Source: Cyanobacteriota bacterium
GTDB taxonomy: Bacteria; Cyanobacteriota; Cyanobacteriia; PCC-6307; Cyanobiaceae
Length of the DNA: 64,000 nt
Direction: 5' to 3'
Assembly (NCBI GenBank): GCA_046052125.1
Contig: JBJOMY010000001.1
Location: forward strand, 352,001 to 416,000
In this document: piece after piece, positions 8,989 to 18,870 of the stretch
Layout of the letters: the number at the start of each line of letters is the position of its first letter
Numbering within the stretch: position 1 is the stretch's first letter
Translations under genes and position numbers: made by a program
The notes under the pieces: generated by a model
Told to the model about the DNA's origin: nothing
The model's database searches: none
Seen by the model: the letters and a program-made list of their open reading frames with translations, nothing else

Positions 8989-9159
8989 ATGCTTCTGCTG
9001 GTGCTGTTGATCAAGTCGAAACTGCTGCGCGTGAAGATGTCGCTGCTCGGCTCGTTGCTAGGGCTACTGATGCTCACCGGCTTTCTGATCAGCACGGGAC
9101 TCCTGAGCGTGGTGGCCGGCGGTGCCGTGCTCTACGCCGTGAACCAAAAACGCCCATGA
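8989..9159 (+). CDS. Small hydrophobic hypothetical protein
   Basis: Hydrophobic ORF whose stop overlaps the next start (ATGA); start uncertain. Confidence 0.6.
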   Translation: MLLLVLLIKSKLLRVKMSLLGSLLGLLMLTGFLISTGLLSVVAGGAVLYAVNQKRP

Positions 9160-9461
9160 CCGCGCCCACTCCCACCCGCGAGCAGGTGCTCGCAGCATCC
9201 GCCGGCTGGGTGGCGGCACTGCTCAATGTTGTGCCTGGCCTTGGGGCGGGCTACCTCTACCAACGCCGCTGGAAGGCCTACTGGATCACCTCATTCCTGG
9301 CGACCACCTGGTTTGTGGCCGGAGCGGTTCTCGGACAGAACGCTGATCCCAGCACCGAAAGCCAAAACCAACTGGTGGGCCTGATCGGTCTGCTGCTCCT
9401 TGCCGCGGTGAGCTCGACAGAAGCAGCACTGGCGGTGAAGCGGGTGCGCAAGGCGCTCTGA
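9156..9461 (+). CDS. Membrane hypothetical protein
   Basis: LLNVVPGLGAGYLYQRRWKAYW TM2-like motif. Confidence 0.8.
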   Translation: MTAPTPTREQVLAASAGWVAALLNVVPGLGAGYLYQRRWKAYWITSFLATTWFVAGAVLGQNADPSTESQNQLVGLIGLLLLAAVSSTEAALAVKRVRKAL

Positions 9462-9523
9462 GCTTGAACCCTCCCAGGGGCTGAAGCTGACCAAAGTGGA
9501 AGGCCGCGCATAGAGCGTCACCC

Positions 9524-9697
9524 ATGGCCTTGATTCCCCGCTGGCAGTACATGACCGACGAGGCCAAAGCCCTCACCAAACGGGTGGCGGTATCGGCTTT
9601 GGTAGTGCTGGGCGCGATCGTTCTGCTGCGCAGCTTGCTGCCCTGGGTGGTTGTGGCCGTTGTGGCCTGGTGGATCTGGAGAGCACTGCGGCGTTAG
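9524..9697 (+). CDS. Small membrane protein (57 aa)
   Basis: Hand-translated MALIPRWQYMTDEAKALTKRVAVSALVVLGAIVLLRSLLPWVVVAVVAWWIWRALRR*; below the ORF-track cutoff. Confidence 0.75.
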   Translation: MALIPRWQYMTDEAKALTKRVAVSALVVLGAIVLLRSLLPWVVVAVVAWWIWRALRR

Positions 9698-9734
9698 GCA
9701 CCAAACGCGGCCAGCGGCGCTAGAGCGGGGCTTG

Positions 9735-11183
9735 ATGCTGACTGCTGTGCTTCCCCCGATCGCTGGCCGGGAGGCCGAGTTGCTCTCCTTGATGCAGCAG
9801 AGGCCCCCCTCCCATCAAGGGCATCACCGAAGAGATCTCGAGCAGATCCAATCCTGTTTTGCCTGTGCGCTGCACATGCATCAGCCCACGATTCCAGCGG
9901 GAGCTGGCGGTGAGCTGATCTCTCATCTCCAATTCATGCTGGAGCATCCAGGCGAGGGGGATCACCACAACGCCGAACCGTTCGCGCACTGCTACCGGCG
10001 CATGGCGGACCTGATTCCGCAGCTGATCGCCGAGGGCTGCGATCCGCGGATCATGCTCGATTACTCCGGCACGCTGCTCTGGGGTTTTGAGCAGATGGGC
10101 CGCAGCGACATCCTCGATGCCCTGCGCTTTTTGGCCTGCGATCCAACGATGCACCCCCACGTGGAGTGGCTCGGCAGCTTCTGGGGGCATGCCGTGGCGC
10201 CATCCACGCCGATTCCCGATCTGAAGTTGCAGATTCAGGCCTGGCAACACCACTTCTCGGCCCTGTTCGGAGGGGATGCCCTGCAGCGCGTCCGGGGCTT
10301 CTCGCCGCCGGAGATGCATCTGCCCAACCATCCCGACACCCTGTTCGCCTTCGTGAAGGCGCTCAAAGAATGCGGGTATCGCTGGCTCCTGGTGCAAGAG
10401 CACAGCGTGGAAAACCTCGATGGTTCGGGGCTGAGCGACGAACAGCGCTACGTGCCCAATCGCCTTGTGGCCCGCAACTCCACAGGCGAAACGGTGAGCA
10501 TCACGGCCTTGATCAAAACCCAGGGGTCCGATACCAAACTCGTGGGCCAGATGCAGCCCTGCTACGAGGCGCTCGGCTTGGGCCGGCAACGGTTGGGTGA
10601 GCGCAGCATCCCAGCGCTGGTGAGCCAGATCGCCGATGGCGAAAACGGCGGCGTAATGATGAATGAATTCCCATCGGCCTACATCCAGGCCTTTCAGAAG
10701 CTGCGGGAGCACACCGGCACCGTGGCCATGAATGGCACGGAATACCTTGAGCGGCTGGAGGCCGCTGGCGTGCGGGAGGGGGATGTCCCCGCCATCCAAG
10801 CGGTGCAGCAGCATCGCCTCTGGCAACAGCTGGGCAGCGGCAGCGGGCCTGCCGCGCTCGACGCCGCCATCGCCAGCTTGAAGGCGAGCGATCCCGGCTT
10901 CTCGATGGCAGGAGCCTCATGGACCAACAACCTGAGCTGGGTGGAGGGCTACGACAACGTGCTGGAGCCGATGCAACAGCTCAGCGCTCACTTCCATCAG
11001 CGGTTTGATCCCCTGGTGTCCCAAGACCCATCGATCACCCAGACAGCGGCCTATCAAGAAGCGTTGCTGCACCTTCTCCTGCTCGAGACGAGCTGTTTCC
11101 GCTACTGGGGTCAGGGCACCTGGACCGAGTACGCCCGCGAGCTGCATCGCCGTGGCGAAATGGCGATCAGCGCTGCTTGCTGA
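9735..11183 (+). CDS. Glycoside hydrolase family 57 protein
   Basis: ALHMHQP, MLDYSGTLL, GFSPPEM, IADGENGG and ETSCFRYW conserved regions. Confidence 0.9.
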   Translation: MLTAVLPPIAGREAELLSLMQQRPPSHQGHHRRDLEQIQSCFACALHMHQPTIPAGAGGELISHLQFMLEHPGEGDHHNAEPFAHCYRRMADLIPQLIAEGCDPRIMLDYSGTLLWGFEQMGRSDILDALRFLACDPTMHPHVEWLGSFWGHAVAPSTPIPDLKLQIQAWQHHFSALFGGDALQRVRGFSPPEMHLPNHPDTLFAFVKALKECGYRWLLVQEHSVENLDGSGLSDEQRYVPNRLVARNSTGETVSITALIKTQGSDTKLVGQMQPCYEALGLGRQRLGERSIPALVSQIADGENGGVMMNEFPSAYIQAFQKLREHTGTVAMNGTEYLERLEAAGVREGDVPAIQAVQQHRLWQQLGSGSGPAALDAAIASLKASDPGFSMAGASWTNNLSWVEGYDNVLEPMQQLSAHFHQRFDPLVSQDPSITQTAAYQEALLHLLLLETSCFRYWGQGTWTEYARELHRRGEMAISAAC

Positions 11184-11270
11184 TCACAGATCCTCAATCT
11201 CGGCGAAGCAACAAGCTGTTGCAAGCAACTGCAGAGATCAATCGGGCTGAATACGGTCCCTTCGGCCTGA

Positions 11271-13496
<2,226 letters not shown>

Positions 13497-13648
13497 TTCA
13501 GCCGAACTAGAGCCAAGCCTGTCGGCTCAGAGGAGCTGATCAACGCACGATGACGAGTGCGCCACAACCAATCGTGGAAGCATCCTCTACTGCTGGCAGG
13601 CGGGCCTGTAGTGCTCGAGAACACAGACTGAAGGTAGGTGGCCAATGG

Positions 13649-13909
13649 ATGGAAACACCGTTCGGGGTGTGGCTGCCGCAGGTCACGATCGTGCACTGCC
13701 GGCGGCTGGATCAGGCCCAGATAGCCGTTGAGGCTGTGCGGGCCCGCCATTGTGTGGTGCTGCAACTGGAGGGTGCCGAGCCAGCCGAAGCGCAGCGGAT
13801 TGTTGACTTTCTCTCCGGCGCCACCACTGCCCTCGATGGCTCCATGGACCGGATCGATGAAGCCACCTTCCTCTGCGCACCCCTGGGCGTAAGCGTGCAG
13901 CAGGGCTGA
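13649..13909 (+). CDS. SepF-domain protein (short paralog)
   Basis: VVLQL..AEAQRIVDFLSGAT.ALDG.M.RI..FLCAP. Confidence 0.75.
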   Translation: METPFGVWLPQVTIVHCRRLDQAQIAVEAVRARHCVVLQLEGAEPAEAQRIVDFLSGATTALDGSMDRIDEATFLCAPLGVSVQQG

Positions 13910-14246
13910 GCCGACCGGAACCATGGCTGGCGGTGATCGCGATTGCTTGGGCAGCTGGCTGGACTGATCAGCAGCCCTGAAGAGCGAATCCATCCGCAGG
14001 CCAGCAAGGCTTTCCCACACTTTTTCCCCAGGCCGGGGAGCCCAGAAGCCCCTAGGGCGCAGAACAATGACCCGGCCTTCAGGAAAACGCTCTTCCCCTT
14101 GACAGAGCTGGCGAAGGGAAGAGACCGATTCAGACCCGCTCATCAGTTCCCTGCAGAACCGCTCCGGCGCAAAGGGTCTTGCACTGGGATCAACGCGCCA
14201 ACGTCCCGAACAGCACTTTTGACCGCAGGGCCCTACCCGTGCGCTG

Positions 14247-14507
14247 ATGGGTGGGCAAACGCCAGAGGTGAGGTTGGAGCAGGTTCCGGATGCGATGAAG
14301 GCCCACGTCAGTGTGGAAAACCAGTTCCCTGCAGACCTGTTCGACTCGATGGTGGGCTTCATCGAGCAACACCCCCAGTGGGACCAATACCGCCTGATGC
14401 AGTCCGCCCTGGCGGGCTTCCTCTTCCAGCAGGGCTGCCAGGACAGGCCGGTGGTGCGCCACTACCTCGACGGGCTGTTCCACAAACCCGAAGCGGCACC
14501 GCGCTGA
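14247..14507 (+). CDS. DUF2811 domain protein
   Basis: FIEQHPQWDQYRLMQSALAGFLFQQG..RHYLDGLF. Confidence 0.85.
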   Translation: MGGQTPEVRLEQVPDAMKAHVSVENQFPADLFDSMVGFIEQHPQWDQYRLMQSALAGFLFQQGCQDRPVVRHYLDGLFHKPEAAPR

Positions 14508-14693
14508 TCACCGCCGCCGAGACGTTCCTTAACAAGCGCGCAATCTTTCGTTACAGTGCATCTACGCCTGTTTCGCTTCTGTGGTCGCCACCATCGCCAT
14601 CGACCTAGCGAGCCTGATGTTCGGCCTGCCGCTGCGTCAGCTGGCCACCGGCGTGTCTCTGCTGAGCGGACTCTTCGCCCTACCGCGCCTGCC

Positions 14694-14999
14694 TCAGGCC
14701 GCGATCGAAGGCTGGCAATAAAGGACGATCAGCCAGATCGAGCCAATGATCGGGATCAGGGCAATGAACAACCACTGCCAGGCCTTGCCTGCGTCCCGCA
14801 AGCGCCGCACCGCCAACGGCACACCCACCACAAGGCTTGCCAGGGTGTAAAGCCCCTGAAGCCGTGAGATCAGCACCGCCACAAGGGCACTCACGATCAA
14901 GTTGGCAAGCACAAACCACCAGAACTCCGCACGGGTGGAGCGGCCTTCGTAATCAAAGGCTCTGGTCCAGGCGGAGGTGTAAGCCTCAATCAGTGGCAT
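14694..14999 (-). CDS. DUF805 domain membrane protein
   Basis: FDYEGRSTRAEFWWF..AVRRLRDAGK..W..I.LIPIIG. Confidence 0.9.
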   Translation of the reverse strand: MPLIEAYTSAWTRAFDYEGRSTRAEFWWFVLANLIVSALVAVLISRLQGLYTLASLVVGVPLAVRRLRDAGKAWQWLFIALIPIIGSIWLIVLYCQPSIAA

Positions 15000-15045
15000 G
15001 CGCGATCAAGCAATGTCCACGTTCTAGTCATGCCTCACCGATGAG

Positions 15046-15357
15046 TCATTGACCACAGACCGCGCTCACCTCTCGCAAACCAGTGATGAGATCGCTCTGG
15101 CTCGATGACTGGAACGCCGCGGCGATCATCACGGCTTCTGCCCCCAGCAGTGCCGTGTAGCAACGCCAGAGCTTGCGGCCTTCGGCCCAGCTCTTGAGCC
15201 GATGTGATTGCTCAAGGGCAGCCCTGCAGAGCGGCGCCGATCCGGATGTTCCGCAGCGCTGCGCTTGAAGCGTGAAGGCCGAAAGGTCCTGGGCTGCTGC
15301 CCCAAGGGGCAGTGGCAAGAGCAGTGCCAGGGCGATCGCAACGCGCATGCTCGACAT
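15046..15357 (-). CDS. Secreted hypothetical protein
   Basis: Signal peptide ending AAA-Q, four Cys, C.TALLGAEA. Confidence 0.7.
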   Translation of the reverse strand: MSSMRVAIALALLLPLPLGAAAQDLSAFTLQAQRCGTSGSAPLCRAALEQSHRLKSWAEGRKLWRCYTALLGAEAVMIAAAFQSSSQSDLITGLREVSAVCGQ

Positions 15358-15540
15358 CAAGGGAGGATCATCTCCAGCAGGTGGCGTCATCCCTACAACA
15401 CAGCCGGCTTGAACACAACAAAGCCCGGAGCATGAGCCCCGGGCTTTGCCTGCTCGGCTGATCTGCCCGCGGATCGGGGCCAGCGTTGCAATCGTGATGC
15501 TTGAGAACACCCCAGATCATGGGATCAGGGTTTTCGCTCT

Positions 15541-15666
15541 TCAGTTGTAGGGCGGAGCTGCCGGCGCTGGCACCTGGGGCCAGGTGTCTAGGGAGACGTC
15601 CCGCTGGGTCCGGGGCACCTCAGGCGGTGCGGTGAACGGCGCGAATGGTTCGCGCACGGGGGACAT
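15541..15666 (-). CDS. Possible 41-aa Pro-rich micro-protein
   Basis: Hand-translated MSPVREPFAPFTAPPEVPRTQRDVSLDTWPQVPAPAAPPYN*. Confidence 0.3.
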   Translation of the reverse strand: MSPVREPFAPFTAPPEVPRTQRDVSLDTWPQVPAPAAPPYN

Positions 15667-15866
15667 CTGAGATCCGTTGAGAGTGTTGGAGCAGGGGCCG
15701 GATCGTCAGCGCGCTCCTGTCAGCTGCTCAGGGGGGGTGTCGTCCATCAATGGAGCCTCCGAATCCCGTTGTCATCACGATGCACCCGCCGGTGGTCACT
15801 GGCAATCGCTGCAGCACGATCGACACCGCTCTTCACCCAGCGCAATCGCCCTTCATGAAGCCCCGT

Positions 15867-16787
15867 TCACGAAGGGCTGTGGCGGAGTTGGTAGACGTCA
15901 TCGCGGCGCTGAATGCTGGTGGGGATCGCTCGGCGCGCTGTCGCCACCTGGCTGAGATCGAGAACCGCGTGCAACACCTGCTCGCCCTCGCCGGCTTCAG
16001 CGATCACGGCACCCCAGGGATCCACCACCAACGAGTGGCCGTAGCTGGGATAGCCGTTGCCCTCGGGCCTGGCACTGGAGCAGGCCAACAGGAAGCACTG
16101 GGTGTCCATGGCCCGGGCCCGCATCACCAGATGCCAGTGGCGTGGGCCGGTGGTGGTGTTGAACGCAGCGGGGCAAGCCAACAGGCTGCAGCCGTGGCGT
16201 TGCTGCATCAACAGCGCCAGTTCCGGGAAGCGGATGTCGTAACAGATCAGCAGGCCGAGATTGGGCGGCTCCGCCAGGCCGGTGGCCAGGGGATCCTGTT
16301 CGCCGCTGAGCACGGTGAGGGCGTCGCCGGCGCTGAGGCTGTCGGATTCACGGAAGCAGATGCCCCCTGGCACATCCACATCAAACAGATGCAGCTTGCG
16401 GTGCTTAGCCAGCAGCACGCCATCTGGATTGATCACCGTGGCCGTGTTGTAAGTGCGTCCATCCCTGCCCTGCTCTGGGATCGAACCAGCGATCACCGCC
16501 ACCCCATGGCGACGGGCAAACCGCGCCACCATCGCCAGAGCCTCAGAGGGCCCCTCAGCAAGCTGAACACCCGGCTCAGGGACGGGCTCCGCGAAGGCTG
16601 CAAAGCGATCAGCGGCGTAGGGCGCGCTCCACACCTCCGGCAGCATCAGCAAACGCGGCTTCTCCACCCCTGAGGGCACCCGCATGGCCTGCTCCAGCCA
16701 GTCCTCGGCATGGCAGCGATTCGCCGCCGGATCCTCACCGGCGCAGAGCTGCACCAACGCCACCGGCAAGGTGTTCGCCGTGATCAC
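15867..16787 (-). CDS. Carbon-nitrogen hydrolase (omega-amidase/Nit2-like)
   Basis: Catalytic triad motifs LPE, KHRKLHLFD and ICYDIRFPE; also PAAFN.TTGP.HW..RARA.D. Confidence 0.9.
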   Translation of the reverse strand: MITANTLPVALVQLCAGEDPAANRCHAEDWLEQAMRVPSGVEKPRLLMLPEVWSAPYAADRFAAFAEPVPEPGVQLAEGPSEALAMVARFARRHGVAVIAGSIPEQGRDGRTYNTATVINPDGVLLAKHRKLHLFDVDVPGGICFRESDSLSAGDALTVLSGEQDPLATGLAEPPNLGLLICYDIRFPELALLMQQRHGCSLLACPAAFNTTTGPRHWHLVMRARAMDTQCFLLACSSARPEGNGYPSYGHSLVVDPWGAVIAEAGEGEQVLHAVLDLSQVATARRAIPTSIQRRDDVYQLRHSPS

Positions 16788-17302
16788 AGGCCCTCCAACA
16801 GATTCTTCAGAAAGGTGCTGAGCCGAAACGGCGGCTCCGAGGCGTAGATGATGTCAGCGATTCGCCAACCAGCTGCGCCATCAGGGCTCAGCACATAGCG
16901 CAGCTGCTGGGGAGGTTCCGCTGTGCGTCCTGGCAAGCCGGCCTGCACAGCTACCAGGGCCACCACAGCCTCAGCTTTTGCGGGTTCACAGCCGAGCACA
17001 GCAGCGCTGAAGGTGCTCACCTGCGTGCCACTGAAGAGGTCGAAGTCAACAAAGCGACCATCAGCCGGCGTGAGCGCATCGGCCCGCTCCAACAGCCGAT
17101 AGAGCTGCGGGGTGAACCGCTGCCGCTGCGTGGCGATCGCCACGGATCCGGGTTGTTCCTGCCGCTGCAGCTGCCAGCGATAGAGGGCATCGATCTGCTC
17201 ACGCAGCGAGGGCGGGCAATCCACCAGGGGTGCGGCCTGCAGCGGCGCCACCACGAGCAGAGCCATCAGAGCGGCGCCACAGCCTGCAAGGCCGCGGCCC
17301 AT
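16784..17302 (-). CDS. Secreted hypothetical protein (DUF3828-like)
   Basis: Signal peptide; FTPQLYRLL..DFDLFSGTQ..WRIADI. Confidence 0.7.
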   Translation of the reverse strand: MGRGLAGCGAALMALLVVAPLQAAPLVDCPPSLREQIDALYRWQLQRQEQPGSVAIATQRQRFTPQLYRLLERADALTPADGRFVDFDLFSGTQVSTFSAAVLGCEPAKAEAVVALVAVQAGLPGRTAEPPQQLRYVLSPDGAAGWRIADIIYASEPPFRLSTFLKNLLEGL

Positions 17303-17345
17303 AGTGAGTTGGAGTGTTCTGCAGCCCGTGAAAGAGATCAGCCTG

Positions 17346-17474
17346 ATGGAACTGGCGCTGCGCATCGGCGCCCGCGTTGCTGCCGTATCGGGTGTGATCG
17401 CCCTGGTGGTGTGGCTCACCTGGGTGATGCTCGATTTCAAGAGCATGCAGTCGGGTTTCACCCTGCCGTATTGA
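17346..17474 (+). CDS. Single-TM micro-protein (42 aa)
   Basis: Hand-translated MELALRIGARVAAVSGVIALVVWLTWVMLDFKSMQSGFTLPY*. Confidence 0.65.
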   Translation: MELALRIGARVAAVSGVIALVVWLTWVMLDFKSMQSGFTLPY

Positions 17475-17596
17475 GTCATGAAGAAGGGGGCGTGGTGTGC
17501 GCCCCCTTGCCCCTGAGACCTCGTTGGATGAGCGGTCTCGTCGGGTCTGAACCTGTCTTAACGGCCTCCGTTGCGGCCGTGCATGCGCAAATGTGC

Positions 17597-18061
17597 TCAG
17601 TTCCCGAAGGGCAGCGATGAGTGGTGCAACACGATCCGGGTTGAACCGTCGGGCTCCTTCATGAACGACCAGGTCTTATCCACCGTGGTGGTTTTGCCGG
17701 AGGCATCAACAAAACGAACGTTGCCCATGGTGGTGGCATAGCCCCCATTGAGCTGAATCACCTGATTGATCACCTCGCAAGAACGCCAAGGCTTGAGAGC
17801 AAAGCCCTTGTCGTTCGGGAAGGTGGGGTTGCCACCAACGAAATAGGCCAGAGCACCGGCACGGATGGGGCGGAAGGTCTCCGATCCAGAGGCCAGGGTG
17901 GGCTTGAACGCCACCGGTCCGTACTGATAGGCGTAGGCCTGATCAATCACCGCTTCAGCTGTGGCCTTGGCCTTGCTGAAACCACCACTGGCGTAGGCGG
18001 CACTGCTCACAATCTGCGCACAAAACCCAACCCCGACCACCCAAAGACAAAGCACCCTCAC
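17597..18061 (-). pseudogene. N-terminally truncated COG4337 / iota-class carbonic anhydrase-like gene
   Basis: FKPTLA, GALAYFVGG, DKGFALKPW, VDKTW and RIVLHHSSLP; family-like sequence begins only near 18007. Confidence 0.7.
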
Positions 18062-18070
18062 GAAACAAGC

Positions 18071-18090
18071 GCTAGTACATTTGACCTAGC
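18071..18090. promoter_or_regulatory. Candidate LexA (SOS) box
   Basis: GCTAGTACATTTGACCTAGC, an imperfect palindrome with one perfect TAGTACA half-site. Confidence 0.4.
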
Positions 18091-18113
18091 GCACGAGGTG
18101 GGTTGGTGGGCCT

Positions 18114-18434
18114 GTGAATGAACCCCGGTTTCTGGCGGTAAGGGTCGGCGATCTCGTGGCCGTGCAGGCCCCGTCCGACTGGTGGGTGGGGCAGGTGATC
18201 CACGCCGAAGGCGGGGCGCGCTGCAACGCCAACTCCCTCTTTCAGATCGCCTGCATCGACAGCGGTGTGATCCGCACCGTGAATGCCGATGCGGTGCTGG
18301 ACATTCTCTGCAGTCAGGCCCAGGAACGATCAGGAACGCTCGAGGCGACGCACAATCACAGCCATCAGGCCAAGCGAACCAGCCAGAGCAATCAGGAGGG
18401 CAATCGTCATGGAGCAGGCCGGCAAGGGCGCTGA
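18114..18434 (+). CDS. DUF3104 domain protein
   Basis: FL.VR.GD.V..DWWVGQVI..GGAR..SLFQIA.IDSG.I..VNAD. Confidence 0.85.
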   Translation: MNEPRFLAVRVGDLVAVQAPSDWWVGQVIHAEGGARCNANSLFQIACIDSGVIRTVNADAVLDILCSQAQERSGTLEATHNHSHQAKRTSQSNQEGNRHGAGRQGR

Positions 18435-18870
18435 TTCTGACGTGCTGCTGTTGGTGTACGGCAGCCTCAAGCGCGGCATGGCCCATCACGGGCAACTGCA
18501 GAACGCCGATTGGCTCGGAGACGCCCGGCTGCAGGGGCTGGCGCTCTACGACCTGGGACCGTTCCCGATGGCCGTGGCGAGCGAAAACAACGACGACGCC
18601 ATCGAGGGGGAGCTGTTCCGCGTTGCAGCTCACCAACTGGCGGCACTCGATCGTTTTGAGGGTGCGCCACGGCTTTACCAACGCCGCCGTTGGCCGCTGA
18701 CGGACGGCCGCTGGGCATGGGTGTATCTGGGCGAGGCGCGGCAGGTGCGTCACGTGGCCCGGATCAGCTCAGGTTGTTGGCAGGGCCCGGATCCAGGCTT
18801 CAGGAGAACGGGACCGCCACCAGCCAACGTCCGGCCCCAGCCAGCACCAGCGCCAGAGCCGAGGCGCTAA
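18409..18870 (+). CDS. Gamma-glutamylcyclotransferase (AIG2-like)
   Basis: VYGSLKRG, LYDLGPFP, IEGELF, LDRFEG..LYQR, AWVY. Confidence 0.9.
   Translation: MEQAGKGADSDVLLLVYGSLKRGMAHHGQLQNADWLGDARLQGLALYDLGPFPMAVASENNDDAIEGELFRVAAHQLAALDRFEGAPRLYQRRRWPLTDGRWAWVYLGEARQVRHVARISSGCWQGPDPGFRRTGPPPANVRPQPAPAPEPRR

Noticed and set aside
9720..10826. Long antisense ORFs (also 27808-29778, 44686-46014, 52472-53731 and others)
   Set aside because: Shadow frames of well-supported genes, expected in high-GC DNA with biased codon usage.
13943..14608. 221-aa plus-strand ORF
   Set aside because: Pro/Arg/Gly-rich non-coding-like translation overlapping DUF2811 in another frame.
14557..14721. Hydrophobic open frame CIYACFASVVATIAIDLASLMFG...
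   Set aside because: An upstream in-frame stop leaves no good start, and it overlaps the convergent DUF805 gene; at most a remnant.
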